Of a DNA stretch of 64,000 bases, positions 22,063-31,791 are shown piece after piece (position 1 is the first letter of the stretch; every line of letters begins with the position of its first letter). This DNA is from Nitrospirota bacterium (GTDB lineage Bacteria; Nitrospirota; UBA9217), in NCBI GenBank assembly GCA_963818475.1, contig CAWFSF010000002.1, positions 64,001 through 128,000 on the forward strand, read 5' to 3'. The notes under the pieces were generated by a model, which did no database searches, had not been told where the DNA came from, and saw only the letters and a program-made list of their open reading frames with translations. Position numbers and translations under genes: made by a program.

Positions 22063-23070
22063 CTATCCGCCGATCTCCGACATGGCCGCGAACCCGGCCG
22101 GGTTTCCGGGAGCGTGTTCGAGTTGATGCCCTCCCGGTTTTGCAGCAACGATCTGTTCTACCAGCGTTTTCAGCACTTCGTCTGAGGCTCCGCTCCTGAG
22201 AGGCGTCCTCAGGTCCGCCTCTGCTGCGGAAAAAAGGCAAGGCCGGAGCTGACCCGTTGCCGTCAGCCTGAGCCGGTTGCACGAGGTGCAGAAATGATCG
22301 CTCACGGCGCTGATGAAACCGACCACTCCCCGGGCACCTTCGATCCGGTAATTCCTGGACGGCCCCATGCCTTTGAACTCAAGCGGCACGAGCCGGCCTA
22401 AAACGGCTATGCGCTGCATCATCTCGGCTTTCTCGATCCGGCCGCTGCCCCGTCCGCCTGCCCCGATCGGCATGCGTTCGATGAACCGGACATGGCAGTC
22501 CTGCTCCAGCGTCAGCGCGGCGAAGTTCACGAGCTCGTCATCGTTGATCCCGCGCAGGGGCACCATATTGATCTTGAGCGGCATCAGCCCCGCTTCCCGG
22601 GCCGCATCAAGGGAGTCCCACACGCGCTCGATGGCTCCGCCGCGCGTGATCGACCGGTACCGGCCGGGGTCCATGGTATCGAGGCTGATGTTGACCCGGT
22701 CCAGCCCCGACTCCTTCAGCTTCCCTGCCAGCTTGGCGAGCCGCATGCCGTTCGTGGTCAGGCTGACATCATGGATGCCGATCCTGCGCTTCAGGGTCGA
22801 GATGAGCGGGATGAGGTCGTCCCGGAGCAGCGGCTCCCCTCCGGTCAGCCGCACTTTCTTGAGACCGTACCGGTGTATGACGCGCACGATGCGCACGATC
22901 TCTTCCCGCGTCAGCAGTTCGGCGGCTTTGCGAAAGGGGACCGGGCCGTCCGGCATGCAGTAAAGGCACTTCAAATCGCACCGGTCGGTCACCGAGATGC
23001 GCAGATAATCGATCCTGCGCTTGTACCGGTCGACCAGAGCCGGTTCGTCTGATGCAGTATGCTGCTCCAC
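22063..23070 (-). CDS. moaA: GTP 3',8-cyclase MoaA
   Basis: YLRISVTDRCDLKCLYC, FCTSCNRLRLT and C-terminal IGG. Confidence 0.96.
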   Translation of the reverse strand: MEQHTASDEPALVDRYKRRIDYLRISVTDRCDLKCLYCMPDGPVPFRKAAELLTREEIVRIVRVIHRYGLKKVRLTGGEPLLRDDLIPLISTLKRRIGIHDVSLTTNGMRLAKLAGKLKESGLDRVNISLDTMDPGRYRSITRGGAIERVWDSLDAAREAGLMPLKINMVPLRGINDDELVNFAALTLEQDCHVRFIERMPIGAGGRGSGRIEKAEMMQRIAVLGRLVPLEFKGMGPSRNYRIEGARGVVGFISAVSDHFCTSCNRLRLTATGQLRPCLFSAAEADLRTPLRSGASDEVLKTLVEQIVAAKPGGHQLEHAPGNPAGFAAMSEIGG

Positions 23071-23088
23071 GATGCACCTCGTTCAGCG

Positions 23089-24273
23089 TCAGTTTTTCCC
23101 GAAAGGGCAGACAGGATAGCGGCAGACTTCGCACTTGAGGCAGAGCCCCCCGTGGCCCAGTTCGGCCAGGTCCTTCCGCCCGATCTTCTCGCCTGCCAGC
23201 ACGCGCGGCAGTATGAGATCGAAGACAGTGGTTTTGCTGTACATGCCGCAGGCCGGGATGCCGAGGATGGGAATTTCCGATTGCTGATTTCGGATTGCGG
23301 ATTTCGGATTTACAGCATCAGAGGATTTCCCTTCCGCCTTTTCCAGGTACGCTATTAAAAACATCGATCCCGGAAGCGCTGCAGAACCATAGGTTATGTC
23401 AGCAGCGCCCAGTTCACGGATCGCGAACCGCGTTACGTCATCGGGATCCACCGACATGCCTCCCGTAGTGATGAGGAGATCGGCTCCTATATTCATTGAT
23501 TCCCGGAGCCTGTCCACGATAAACGCCTTGTCATCGGGCGCGTAATATATACCCATGAGCTTTCCGCCGATTTCCTCGATCTTTTTCGTGATAACGGGTG
23601 CGAACGCGTCCTTGATCCTGCCGTGGTAGACTTCGTTTCCGGTGATCACGACGCCGACTTTGGGTTTGCGGAGTTCTTTTACTTCGATAACACCGGTGGA
23701 TCCGTTCATTTCGGATTTCGGATTTCGGATTTCGGATTTCAATTCCGCATTCCGCATTCCGCATTCCGCAATACGGACGGCTTCCTCAACGATGCTCGTC
23801 TTGACCACCAGCGGAATCGCCCGAGTTCCCGCCACGGTCTGTCCTTTCCTGACGAGCGCATTATCATGAAGCGTTGCGCACATGACCTCGCCGAGCATGT
23901 TGAATGCAAGGAGCGCGTCGCGGTCGATCTTCAGCAGCCCGTCCCGTTCCGCGACAATACTGATCTTCCCCTCTTTCGGCTCGCCCTTGATCGCCACCCC
24001 CCCACCCATGAGCGCCCTGGCGATCGCATAGGCGGCTTCGTTCTCGTGCATCTCGTCCTCGGCAACCTTCAACACGAAGAGATGCTCCTTGCCGAGCCGC
24101 TGGAGGTGACAGACATCTTCTTCCCGGATAACGTGCCCTTTCTTAAATGCGCATCCCTTGAACTCGCCCGGCCGTATCTCCGTGATGTCGTGGGCAAGGA
24201 CCGTGCCGACGGCCTGATCTACTGGAATCGTTTTCATGGCAGAACCGCTGCTTGCGTGCATGTCGTCACACAT
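23089..24273 (-). CDS. molybdopterin-binding (MoeA C-terminal-like) protein with two in-frame repeat insertions
   Basis: LAHDITEI, TGGMSVDPDD, GIPACGMY and GHGGLCLKCEVC.YPVCPFGK motifs. Confidence 0.85.
   Translation of the reverse strand: MCDDMHASSGSAMKTIPVDQAVGTVLAHDITEIRPGEFKGCAFKKGHVIREEDVCHLQRLGKEHLFVLKVAEDEMHENEAAYAIARALMGGGVAIKGEPKEGKISIVAERDGLLKIDRDALLAFNMLGEVMCATLHDNALVRKGQTVAGTRAIPLVVKTSIVEEAVRIAECGMRNAELKSEIRNPKSEMNGSTGVIEVKELRKPKVGVVITGNEVYHGRIKDAFAPVITKKIEEIGGKLMGIYYAPDDKAFIVDRLRESMNIGADLLITTGGMSVDPDDVTRFAIRELGAADITYGSAALPGSMFLIAYLEKAEGKSSDAVNPKSAIRNQQSEIPILGIPACGMYSKTTVFDLILPRVLAGEKIGRKDLAELGHGGLCLKCEVCRYPVCPFGKN
23273..23311. repeat. heptamer repeat (ATTTCGG-like) inside coding sequence
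   Basis: Encodes VNPKSAIRNQQSEI in the Mo-binding protein. Confidence 0.7.
23708..23772. repeat. bipartite heptamer repeat (ATTTCGG)x4 + (TTCCGCA)x4 inside coding sequence
   Basis: Perfect tandem units encoding IAECGMRNAELKSEIRNPKSEM. Confidence 0.85.
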
Positions 24274-24330
24274 GGCAACCTCCCTTTGGGAAAATTCCTG
24301 ATCTCCAATAACCGTAGCGCTTTGTCATTT

Positions 24331-24678
24331 TCAAAATATTTTTTTAAATCTCTTATCCACGAATTCCTGAAGTCCTTTTTCCAGTGCTGCGTATTTTTTC
24401 AGAAACTTCCTCGCATCCGCTGTCAAAGCGGCGCCCCCGCCGTTTTTCCCGCCGGTTTTCCGATCGACAAGCTTCACGCCGAGCCTCTTTTCCATGGCAT
24501 TGATATGGCACCATGCCTTGCGGAAAGAGATGTCGACTTCCTGCGCCGCCTGGTTGATGGAACCGTGGGAATCGATGGCCTCCAGGAGAAAGCGCCTGCC
24601 CCTGCCGAAGACCGGTTCGCCGCCGGCTTCGATCCAGATCTTTGATCTGATCCCAAGTGCGTTATGACTTTTTCGCAT
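24331..24678 (-). CDS. ModE N-terminal-like winged-helix regulator
   Basis: FGRGRRFLLEAID..GSINQAA...SFRKAW...GGKNGGGAALT. Confidence 0.85.
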   Translation of the reverse strand: MRKSHNALGIRSKIWIEAGGEPVFGRGRRFLLEAIDSHGSINQAAQEVDISFRKAWCHINAMEKRLGVKLVDRKTGGKNGGGAALTADARKFLKKYAALEKGLQEFVDKRFKKIF

Positions 24679-25312
24679 AACGAACCGCCACAAAAGGTTC
24701 CTTCACTTCATAGTAGCCGCCCTTGGCGCAGGTCACACACAGGACCTTGCCGTCCTGATAGACCTCTCTCTTGTCCTGGACATGCTCGCCGCAGGAATCG
24801 CAGGGCACCCTGCCCATCGGCCTTCCGGGCTGGTCTTCCGGCTTGATCGCCACGCTGACTTCAATTACCTCAAAAAGTTCGCTGTCGGACATCACTTTAT
24901 AGGCCTGAAGCTGCGCTGCGTACTTGTTCCCGATTTCCGGAAAAAGCGCTTTTGCCTTCTCCCGGGACTCATCCTTCGCAAAGACCCTCACGGCTTTGCC
25001 GGTGCCCGTATTCAAGTAGGTTGCCGCCATCTTGCCGTAGTCCATGAACTTCATGGTCCGGTGGCCCAGACTGCATCCCGTGACCGACTGGACCGCGTCA
25101 GTGGCGCACCGGTCCATTTCGACGAACACCATGATGCTCTTCCGGTCCTTGCCCTTCGGATCAGCCACGCCGATCTCCCGGAGGCCAAGCATCGACATCC
25201 GGACGCCGAGCACCTGACCGGCGCAGAGATGTCCGTGGATCCTGACGGATTCTTCGAGCAAGCGCTCGAAGCCAGGAAGTCCTTGTTGGATCTCTAAATG
25301 ATCATCGCTCAT
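24662..25312 (-). CDS. FmdE family protein with C-terminal zinc finger
   Basis: HGHLCAGQVLG, DRCATDA, CDSCGE...CVTCA. Confidence 0.88.
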   Translation of the reverse strand: MSDDHLEIQQGLPGFERLLEESVRIHGHLCAGQVLGVRMSMLGLREIGVADPKGKDRKSIMVFVEMDRCATDAVQSVTGCSLGHRTMKFMDYGKMAATYLNTGTGKAVRVFAKDESREKAKALFPEIGNKYAAQLQAYKVMSDSELFEVIEVSVAIKPEDQPGRPMGRVPCDSCGEHVQDKREVYQDGKVLCVTCAKGGYYEVKEPFVAVRYAKKS

Positions 25313-25353
25313 AGAATATCCCCTGTGCCGACGTCGTTGAGCTAAAACCTTTC

Positions 25354-25432
25354 ACCGCTGAGACGCGGAGGCGCAGAGAAAATCCTTACTATCTGCAAAT
25401 TGCAGTCCTCTGCGTCTCCGCGTCCCCGCGGT
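25354..25432. repeat. empty 9-nt-period inverted element
   Basis: ACCGCTGAGACGCGGAGGCGCAGAG ... CTCTGCGTCTCCGCGTCCCCGCGGT. Confidence 0.8.
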
Positions 25433-25464
25433 AGATTATGACTTTTTCTAGCCCATGTTTCCGA

Positions 25465-26259
25465 TCAAAATTTGAAGACTAGTGGTCTTTTCTTTGCCTT
25501 CATAGTTTCACATGCTGCTATGCACTCCCCGCAATTGTGGCACTGAGGGTAGATTCCGGACTCCATCGGATTCAGCCCCAACCCGCAGGCATCGGCGCAT
25601 GCCAGGCATTTCCCGCACACATGCTCCCCGTCTTCGGCAAAAACGACCTTCAGGGTTTTTTTGAACCTGAAGATGCCGAGAAAACTTCCCACCGGGCAAA
25701 CATAATTGCACCAGCCCCTGCGGACGATAACTAGTTCAAAAACAATGATCACAGCGATCAGGCTGAGTTCCAGTCCCACGATGCCCTCATACACGAACTT
25801 GGCCGTTTGAACGGATATGATGCCCGGCGCCGACAGCAAGCTCGCCAGAGGAAGCCTCGCGAGCGGCGTGAGAATGAGTATGACGGCGAGGACAGCGTAG
25901 CGCGGCACTGCCGTCGTTCTTTTCCCGAAGGGCCTTTTGATCCCGAACTTCGTTGCCGCAATATCGACGAGCTCGGAGATCGTGTTCTGGGGGCAGGCCC
26001 AGCTGCAGAAGACCCTGCCGAACAGCAGCGCAAGAATAACAGGGAGTAGCATCGACAGGAGAAGGGTCCTGTCCGCGGTCATCGTCGTGAGGATCGTCTG
26101 GAAGCCGATCAAAGGATCGGTGATCCAGACCGGTCCGATGGCAAAGGAATAGAGGCTGCCCGTGAGCATCGTGATCCCGTTCCTGTTGAGGATCGGAACG
26201 AGAATGACGAGGATGATCGTCAGGACCTGTATTCCTTTCCGCAGTCTCGGAATGTTCAC
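25465..26259 (-). CDS. napH: NapH-type membrane ferredoxin
   Basis: GRVFCSWACP, WCNYVCPVG and two CxxCxxCxxxC motifs. Confidence 0.85.
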   Translation of the reverse strand: MNIPRLRKGIQVLTIILVILVPILNRNGITMLTGSLYSFAIGPVWITDPLIGFQTILTTMTADRTLLLSMLLPVILALLFGRVFCSWACPQNTISELVDIAATKFGIKRPFGKRTTAVPRYAVLAVILILTPLARLPLASLLSAPGIISVQTAKFVYEGIVGLELSLIAVIIVFELVIVRRGWCNYVCPVGSFLGIFRFKKTLKVVFAEDGEHVCGKCLACADACGLGLNPMESGIYPQCHNCGECIAACETMKAKKRPLVFKF

Positions 26260-26735
26260 TTGCTGGTCCCCGGTTTTACTACAATGGCAGCTGCTTCAAG
26301 AGGGCAGATGTTTTCGCAGATGCCGCAACCAACGCATTTTTTTTCATTCACCACCGGACGCAGATCATCGTTCATGACAATTGCCTCGCCCATGAGCGGA
26401 CAATCATCATAACAGCTTCTGCAGAGCGTGTCCTGCCATGCAAGGCACGTTTTCCGCGAGATCTCCGCCGTGCCCATCCGGACTTTTTCCTTGTCCTTCA
26501 GACTTCTTTTGAGGGCGCCTGAGGGGCAGACGGGCGGACACTTCATGCACAAATAGCAGGGGGTTCTTCTTGCCTGAATAACGGGCGTGCCCATGACCGC
26601 GATGCCGTCCAGGAGACTTGCCATCCTGATCGACCCGTAAGGGCAGGTCTGAGCGCATTTGCCGCACCGTATACAGGTAGCGATAAATGTGGCCTCGGGC
26701 AGGGCGCCCGGCGGCCTCAGCAGGTTCTTACTCAT
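26256..26735 (-). CDS. napG: NapG/MauM-type ferredoxin
   Basis: LRPPGA...CIRCGKCAQTCP and further 4Fe-4S motifs. Confidence 0.85.
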   Translation of the reverse strand: MSKNLLRPPGALPEATFIATCIRCGKCAQTCPYGSIRMASLLDGIAVMGTPVIQARRTPCYLCMKCPPVCPSGALKRSLKDKEKVRMGTAEISRKTCLAWQDTLCRSCYDDCPLMGEAIVMNDDLRPVVNEKKCVGCGICENICPLEAAAIVVKPGTSK

Positions 26736-26955
26736 GAGCGCGCGCATACACCGGATACACGCCGGTTACCTTTTCAAATTCCGACAGTTTCTTGATGATC
26801 TCGTTCACGGCACCCAACGTATCACCCTCGACAACCGTAACGATCTGGTTTTCCTTCACGCCGAATACGCTGATACCCGGTACCTTCCCCAGGTCTGGCA
26901 GCACCTGTTCCATTGCATTGTCCTCGATCTCGACGATAACACTCGCAACCGCCAT
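26728..26955 (-). CDS. napD: NapD chaperone
   Basis: MAVASVIVE...IVTVVEG...GVYPVY; downstream of napA. Confidence 0.8.
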   Translation of the reverse strand: MAVASVIVEIEDNAMEQVLPDLGKVPGISVFGVKENQIVTVVEGDTLGAVNEIIKKLSEFEKVTGVYPVYARAHE

Positions 26956-27000
26956 AAGGAACGACCTTTCTGGTAAAAAACCGTCCCCCTTGTGCATGAG

Positions 27001-27028
27001 AAAAACCCGTCTGCGCAAGAGAGACGGT
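27001..27028 (-). terminator. putative intrinsic terminator between napA and napD
   Basis: Minus strand CCGTCT-loop-AGACGG followed by GTTTTT. Confidence 0.4.
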
Positions 27029-27061
27029 AGGGGGGGTGATATGTTATTTCATTTGTGAATT

Positions 27062-27106
27062 CCCCCTTTATCCTCTCCCCGAGGGGAGAGGGTAGGGTGA
27101 GGGGGT
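27062..27106. repeat. palindromic repeat (CCTCTCCCCGAGGGGAGAGG-GTAGGGTGAGGGGG)
   Basis: Strong hairpin; relative at 6288-6322. Confidence 0.65.
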
Positions 27107-27127
27107 GTTCCATCGATTCAGCCGCCC

Positions 27128-29441
27128 CTAAGCCTTTTCCAGCTTCACTGCGCAGATCTTGTACTCCGGCTGTTTGGACAGCGCATCGAACGCGTCGTTC
27201 GTCAGGCTGTTGATCATTTTGTCGGGGTAGTGCATCGGAACGAAGACCAGTCCGTCGCGCGGCACATCGATGACCTTGGCTTCGAGCACGATCGTCCCGC
27301 GGCGGGACGTGAGCCGCACCTTGTCCCTGGACTTGACGCCGATCTTCGCCGCGTCCCGCGGGTTGATCTCAACGTAGGCGGCCGGCGCGGAGCGCTTGAG
27401 TTCGGGCACGTTGAGCGTCATGGTGCCGGTGTGCCAGTGCTCGATCTGGCGGCCTGTGGTGAGGGCATAGGGATACTCCGCATCGGGCGGCTCGGCCGGG
27501 CCCTTGTAGGGCCGGAGCCAGACCGTGGCCTTGTTTCCGTCGGCCTTGGCGCCGTAGAAGGAAACGTCCGCTGCCTGGGGATCGAACTTCTTCACCATGA
27601 CGTCGCCGTGTTTTGCGGTGTACCGGCGCTGCGTGCCCGGATGGTCTTCCGTGGGGCAGGGCCACTGGATGCCGTGGGCTTTTTTCATGCGCGCACGGGT
27701 CATTCCCATGAAGTCGTAGGCAGTGCCCTTCGAGCACTGACGGATCTCGTTCCAGACGTCCTCGGAGTTCTTGTGAGCGAACAGTTTCTTCCCTTCGTGC
27801 TCCAGATCGAGGGCTTTGAACAGCTTGTTCGCGAACTCGATCATCACGTCCAGATCAGGCCGCGCTTCTGCGGGCGGATTGATCGCTTTCTCAATATACT
27901 GATACCTCCGCTCGGACTGTCCGTAGGTGCCGTCCTTCTCCACCCAGAGCGCGGCGGGAAGCACCAGGTCGGCCAGTTCCGAGGTTTTCGTCGGATGGTA
28001 CGCCTCGGACACGACGAGGAAGGTGTCCTTGCCTTCCATGCCCTTCCGGTAGGCATCCACATTCGGCAGGCTCTGGCCGGGGTTGGTGCAGGCGATCCAC
28101 ATTGCCTTGATCTTGCCGGCCCCGAAATCGCGGAACATCTCGACCGCCGTAGGTCCGGGCTTGGGCTGAATGCGGCCAGCGGGCAGGCCCCAGAACTTCT
28201 CCATGTCCTCGCGGTCCTTCTCGTTTGCAACGAGCCGGCCGTAGGGCAGCAGATGGCTAAGAAGACCGCCGTCGCGCACACCGCCGCAGGCATTCGGCTG
28301 GCCCGTAAGCGAGAACGACGTGGCGCCGGGCCGGTTGATCTGGCCGGTCAGCAAATGCAGGTTGTGCATCATGTTGTTCACCCATACACCGCGGGTCCGC
28401 TGGTTCAGGCCCATGCACCAGAGGCTCATGGTCGCCTTGGACTGGGCGAACATGCGGGCAGCCTTGATGATGTCGTCCTTGGGGCAGCCGGAGATCTTCT
28501 CGGCCGCCTCGGGTGAGTAGTCCTCCAGGAACTTGACGTACTCGTTCCCAGCCGACCTTCTCGATCTTCGGCGGCGGCCCCGGGTCCGTCATCGTCTTGA
28601 AGACCGTGTACTTTTCCACATACTCCTTGCTGTACAGGTTCTCCTTCACGATCACGTGGGCCATGGAATTCAGGATCGCCAGATCGCTTCCGGGAATGAA
28701 GCTCATATGCATGTCAGCGATGCGCGCCGACAGCGTCTTCCGTGGATCGACCATGATGATCTTGGCGCCGCGCTTCTTCTGCTCGTTCACGATGCGGAAA
28801 ATGACCGGATGCGCCTCGGCCATGTTCGATCCGACGATAAAGAAGCAGTCGGCATGGTACATGTCGTCGTAGGCGCCCATGGGTTCGTCCTTGCCGAAGG
28901 TGGAAACGTAGCCCACGGCGGCAGAAGCCATGCAGAGACGGGGATTGCCGTCGATATTGTTCGTGCCGAGCCCGCCCTTGAATACTTTGTTGATGAAGTA
29001 GGATTCTTCGGTGTAGGCCTGGCCCGAGCCGTAAAAGGCCACAGACTGGGGATCTTTCCTGTAGGCTGCCGCGAACTTGCCGACCATGAGGTCCATTGCC
29101 TCTTGCCAGGAGATCTTGACGAACTCGTTGCCTTTTCGCAGCAGGGGATGCTTGGCCCGGTCCGGCGCGGTCAGGATGGCCGGCAGGAAATTGCCTTTGA
29201 GGCAAAGGAAGCCCTTGTTCCAGTTGTCCTTGTCTCCCTTGACCGCGACGACCTTGCCGCCCTTGACACCCGCGTACACGCCGCAGCCTGCTCCGCAGTA
29301 CCGGCAGACGCCCTTGACCCATTTATCGACGTCCGCTTCGGCCCCCATGAGCTCTTTCGGCAGGGCCAGGTCAAGCCCGATCGCGGACGCCGCGGCCAGG
29401 GCCGCTGAATACTTCAGGAGCTGTCTTCTGGTAATGTTCAT
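27128..29441 (-). CDS. napA: periplasmic nitrate reductase catalytic subunit; frameshift near 28546
   Basis: Tat signal TRRQLLK, CRYCGAGC..C cluster, PRLCMASA Mo-ligand Cys, LTGQPNACG, KQPEYKICAV. Confidence 0.93.
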
Positions 29442-29815
29442 TTCTCCCCTCCTTGCCCGTGGAATCCTGTCCTGTTCTTAGCGGATTCCTTCACGGCCAC
29501 GGTGTGATGTTCATGGCAAAGGAAGCAGGTCTGTTCCCGGGCCGGCAATTTTTTCTGGACGCTCGCGACCGCGTCACTGTGGCATCCCCTGCACCGGTCC
29601 ATGCCCGGCTTTACCGTGAAGTTCACCTCCGGAGAGCCGTGGCATACAACGCACTTGACACCCATCAGCCCGTGCTTTCCGTCCAGCCATATTTTTTCCT
29701 GATCGATGTGACACTCCGCGCATTCCTGACCATTGGATTTCACATGCGGCTTGCCGGCGGCAGCCGCGGCGATCGGGAGGACGAGCGCCAGCAATACCAA
29801 CACTATTCTTTTCAT
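29438..29815 (-). CDS. small periplasmic tetraheme cytochrome c (NapM-like)
   Basis: Signal peptide plus CAECH, CVVCH, CRGCH, CFLCH; stop overlaps the napA start. Confidence 0.85.
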   Translation of the reverse strand: MKRIVLVLLALVLPIAAAAAGKPHVKSNGQECAECHIDQEKIWLDGKHGLMGVKCVVCHGSPEVNFTVKPGMDRCRGCHSDAVASVQKKLPAREQTCFLCHEHHTVAVKESAKNRTGFHGQGGEK

Positions 29816-29853
29816 AATGCCTCCTCTCTGAAACTCCGTTTCGTTGTTCGCTG

Positions 29854-29891
29854 AAAAAACCGCGGGACGGAGGACGATCCCCCGCCCCGCG
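29854..29891 (-). terminator. intrinsic terminator after the octaheme nitrite reductase gene
   Basis: CGCGGGGCGG...CCGTCCCGCG hairpin followed by GTTTTTT on the minus strand. Confidence 0.7.
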
Positions 29892-29906
29892 TATACGAAT
29901 CGGGTA

Positions 29907-31595
29907 TTACTTTGCCGCGGTCTTGGGCGCCATGGCATCATCGATCATCTTGATGCCTTTGAAAGCCTCATCAGCAGATTTCAGCAAAGCCTCTTTCGCC
30001 ATATCCGGATTGTGGAAGCCGTCGGAGTTTTCCGCGGTCCAGAATTCCCACAGAATGTGCGCTTTCAAGTGCTGGTCCTGGGCATTCTTGATGACCTCGG
30101 GATCAACGCCAGCTGCCTTCGCAGCCACGATCTTGTCGATCAGGACGGAGATGCGGAACTCCGCCTTGCGCATCTTGCCCTTGATATGGGCTTTGACCGA
30201 ATCGATGGCATACACAGCGTCCTGCTCACTCCACTTCGGATGGCACTTGGCGGTCAGGCAGGTTTCCTTGAGCATGACCCTGGGCGTAACGGGGAAGTGC
30301 GACGTGAATACCTTGCCCTGCTTGTTCTTCATTTTCGGCGAATGGCACGAATCGCACCCTGCGCCTGCTTTTGCGTGCTTTGAGTTGTAGAATGCCTCGG
30401 TTTCCGGATGCTGCGCCTTCCAGAGCAGGCCGCCCGTGATCGCGTGCTTGAAATCGAGGAAGTTCACCTGGTTCTTGTAGTGGTCATAGAGGCCGAACAC
30501 GTCCTTGTAGGGGAAATGGTTCGTGAGCGGGCTGTTGTAGCCGACGGTCTTCTTGGAGGTATCGGGATTCCGCGGGTCGTACCCGTCGTTGCAATTGTAC
30601 TCAACATGGCACTGGCCGCACTGCAGCTTGGTGTCGTATTTCTCGAGGATCGCGATCTTGCGGTTAAAGCCGCGCAGACCCATGTCGATGATCTTGAAAT
30701 TGGTATGCTTCGCATCCTTGTGCCACAGCGTATCCGCCTCAGGACGGGTCAGGGCCGCGATCAGGCCGTCGCGCACGATGCGCGGCTTTGCTGCATGCGG
30801 GTCGTGGCAGATAAAGCAGTTCAGGGCGTGGTTCACGTCCTTTGCCAATTCCACCACATTCGAGGTGCGGTCCCAGGTCGTTTTGCCTTCCACCTTTTCG
30901 CCCAGGTAGGACCACCCCAGGATCTGGTCCTGGGTCTTGCACTGAAGGCAAGTCGGATTGGCTGCAGCCGCGCTCTGGGTAAGGAAAGCCTTATGCTCTT
31001 TTGTTTCGTGGTGCGTGTCGGTCAGGATGTCCCAGACCCGGCCCTTCTCATTCACGTACATCCAGCCGTCCTTGGGCTGGAACCGGCCGCCGAAGGCCCG
31101 GTCAACCACGAACTGGTCGACGAGCATGTGCACATGGCTTCGGGTCAGGTTATGCTCCTTGGTGAATCCGTGGCCAGCCATGAGCTTGTCCCAGAAGGGA
31201 TTGGGAGAGCGGTTCGTGAGCTGCGACTTCTCGTCGCGCGCGGGACGGTGCTTCGCCACCTGCATGTAGCTGTCGAACTGGTCCTTGTGGCACTTGCCGC
31301 ATGCCTCCCAGGACGTGTCCGTCACCGGACGGGTGTCCGGGCCCGGCGCCTTCAGGTGCGCCGCGATGCCGGAATGACAATTAACGCAGTTCACCTTGCT
31401 GTGCTTGCCCATGGTATGGAGCGTTTTGATCGGATCATGGCAACCGTAGCATGTTTTGACATCAACGTCCTTTTCCACCGCTGTTTTTGCCTGCCCCGCG
31501 CTCTTGTACTGCGCTCCTGCCTTGGAGCTGGTAAAAGTCAGGACCAATCCTATCGCAAAAACCAATGCAACTACCGCTAATACTTTACTCTTCAT
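29907..31595 (-). CDS. nrfA: octaheme cytochrome c nitrite reductase (ONR, ammonia-forming; NrfA superfamily)
   Basis: Three N-terminal CxxCH, catalytic CLQCK, three further CxxCH and a final CLTAKCH; CHVEYNC and KAQHPE motifs. Confidence 0.9.
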   Translation of the reverse strand: MKSKVLAVVALVFAIGLVLTFTSSKAGAQYKSAGQAKTAVEKDVDVKTCYGCHDPIKTLHTMGKHSKVNCVNCHSGIAAHLKAPGPDTRPVTDTSWEACGKCHKDQFDSYMQVAKHRPARDEKSQLTNRSPNPFWDKLMAGHGFTKEHNLTRSHVHMLVDQFVVDRAFGGRFQPKDGWMYVNEKGRVWDILTDTHHETKEHKAFLTQSAAAANPTCLQCKTQDQILGWSYLGEKVEGKTTWDRTSNVVELAKDVNHALNCFICHDPHAAKPRIVRDGLIAALTRPEADTLWHKDAKHTNFKIIDMGLRGFNRKIAILEKYDTKLQCGQCHVEYNCNDGYDPRNPDTSKKTVGYNSPLTNHFPYKDVFGLYDHYKNQVNFLDFKHAITGGLLWKAQHPETEAFYNSKHAKAGAGCDSCHSPKMKNKQGKVFTSHFPVTPRVMLKETCLTAKCHPKWSEQDAVYAIDSVKAHIKGKMRKAEFRISVLIDKIVAAKAAGVDPEVIKNAQDQHLKAHILWEFWTAENSDGFHNPDMAKEALLKSADEAFKGIKMIDDAMAPKTAAK

Positions 31596-31736
31596 AATTC
31601 AGCCCTCCTTCTTTTTATGTAAAAATGGTTTATGTATGCCTGCCCCCACATCTGCTGCGACAACAACTTCATCGGGGATGAAAATTGATTTGATCTTATT
31701 TCATTGAATCCGCACTATCCGCGCTCAGTTGCCCGA

Positions 31737-31791
31737 ACCTTACCATGACCTTGCGTAAATTTGCGGTTAATGGCTGTAAACTTTCTGTTAA
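31737..31791 (-). promoter_or_regulatory. extended -10 (TGgTAAGGT) with four OmpR/PhoB-type direct repeats
   Basis: TT(A/T)AC units at 31755, 31766, 31776 and 31787 (11/10/11 spacing) overlapping the -35 region. Confidence 0.6.
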
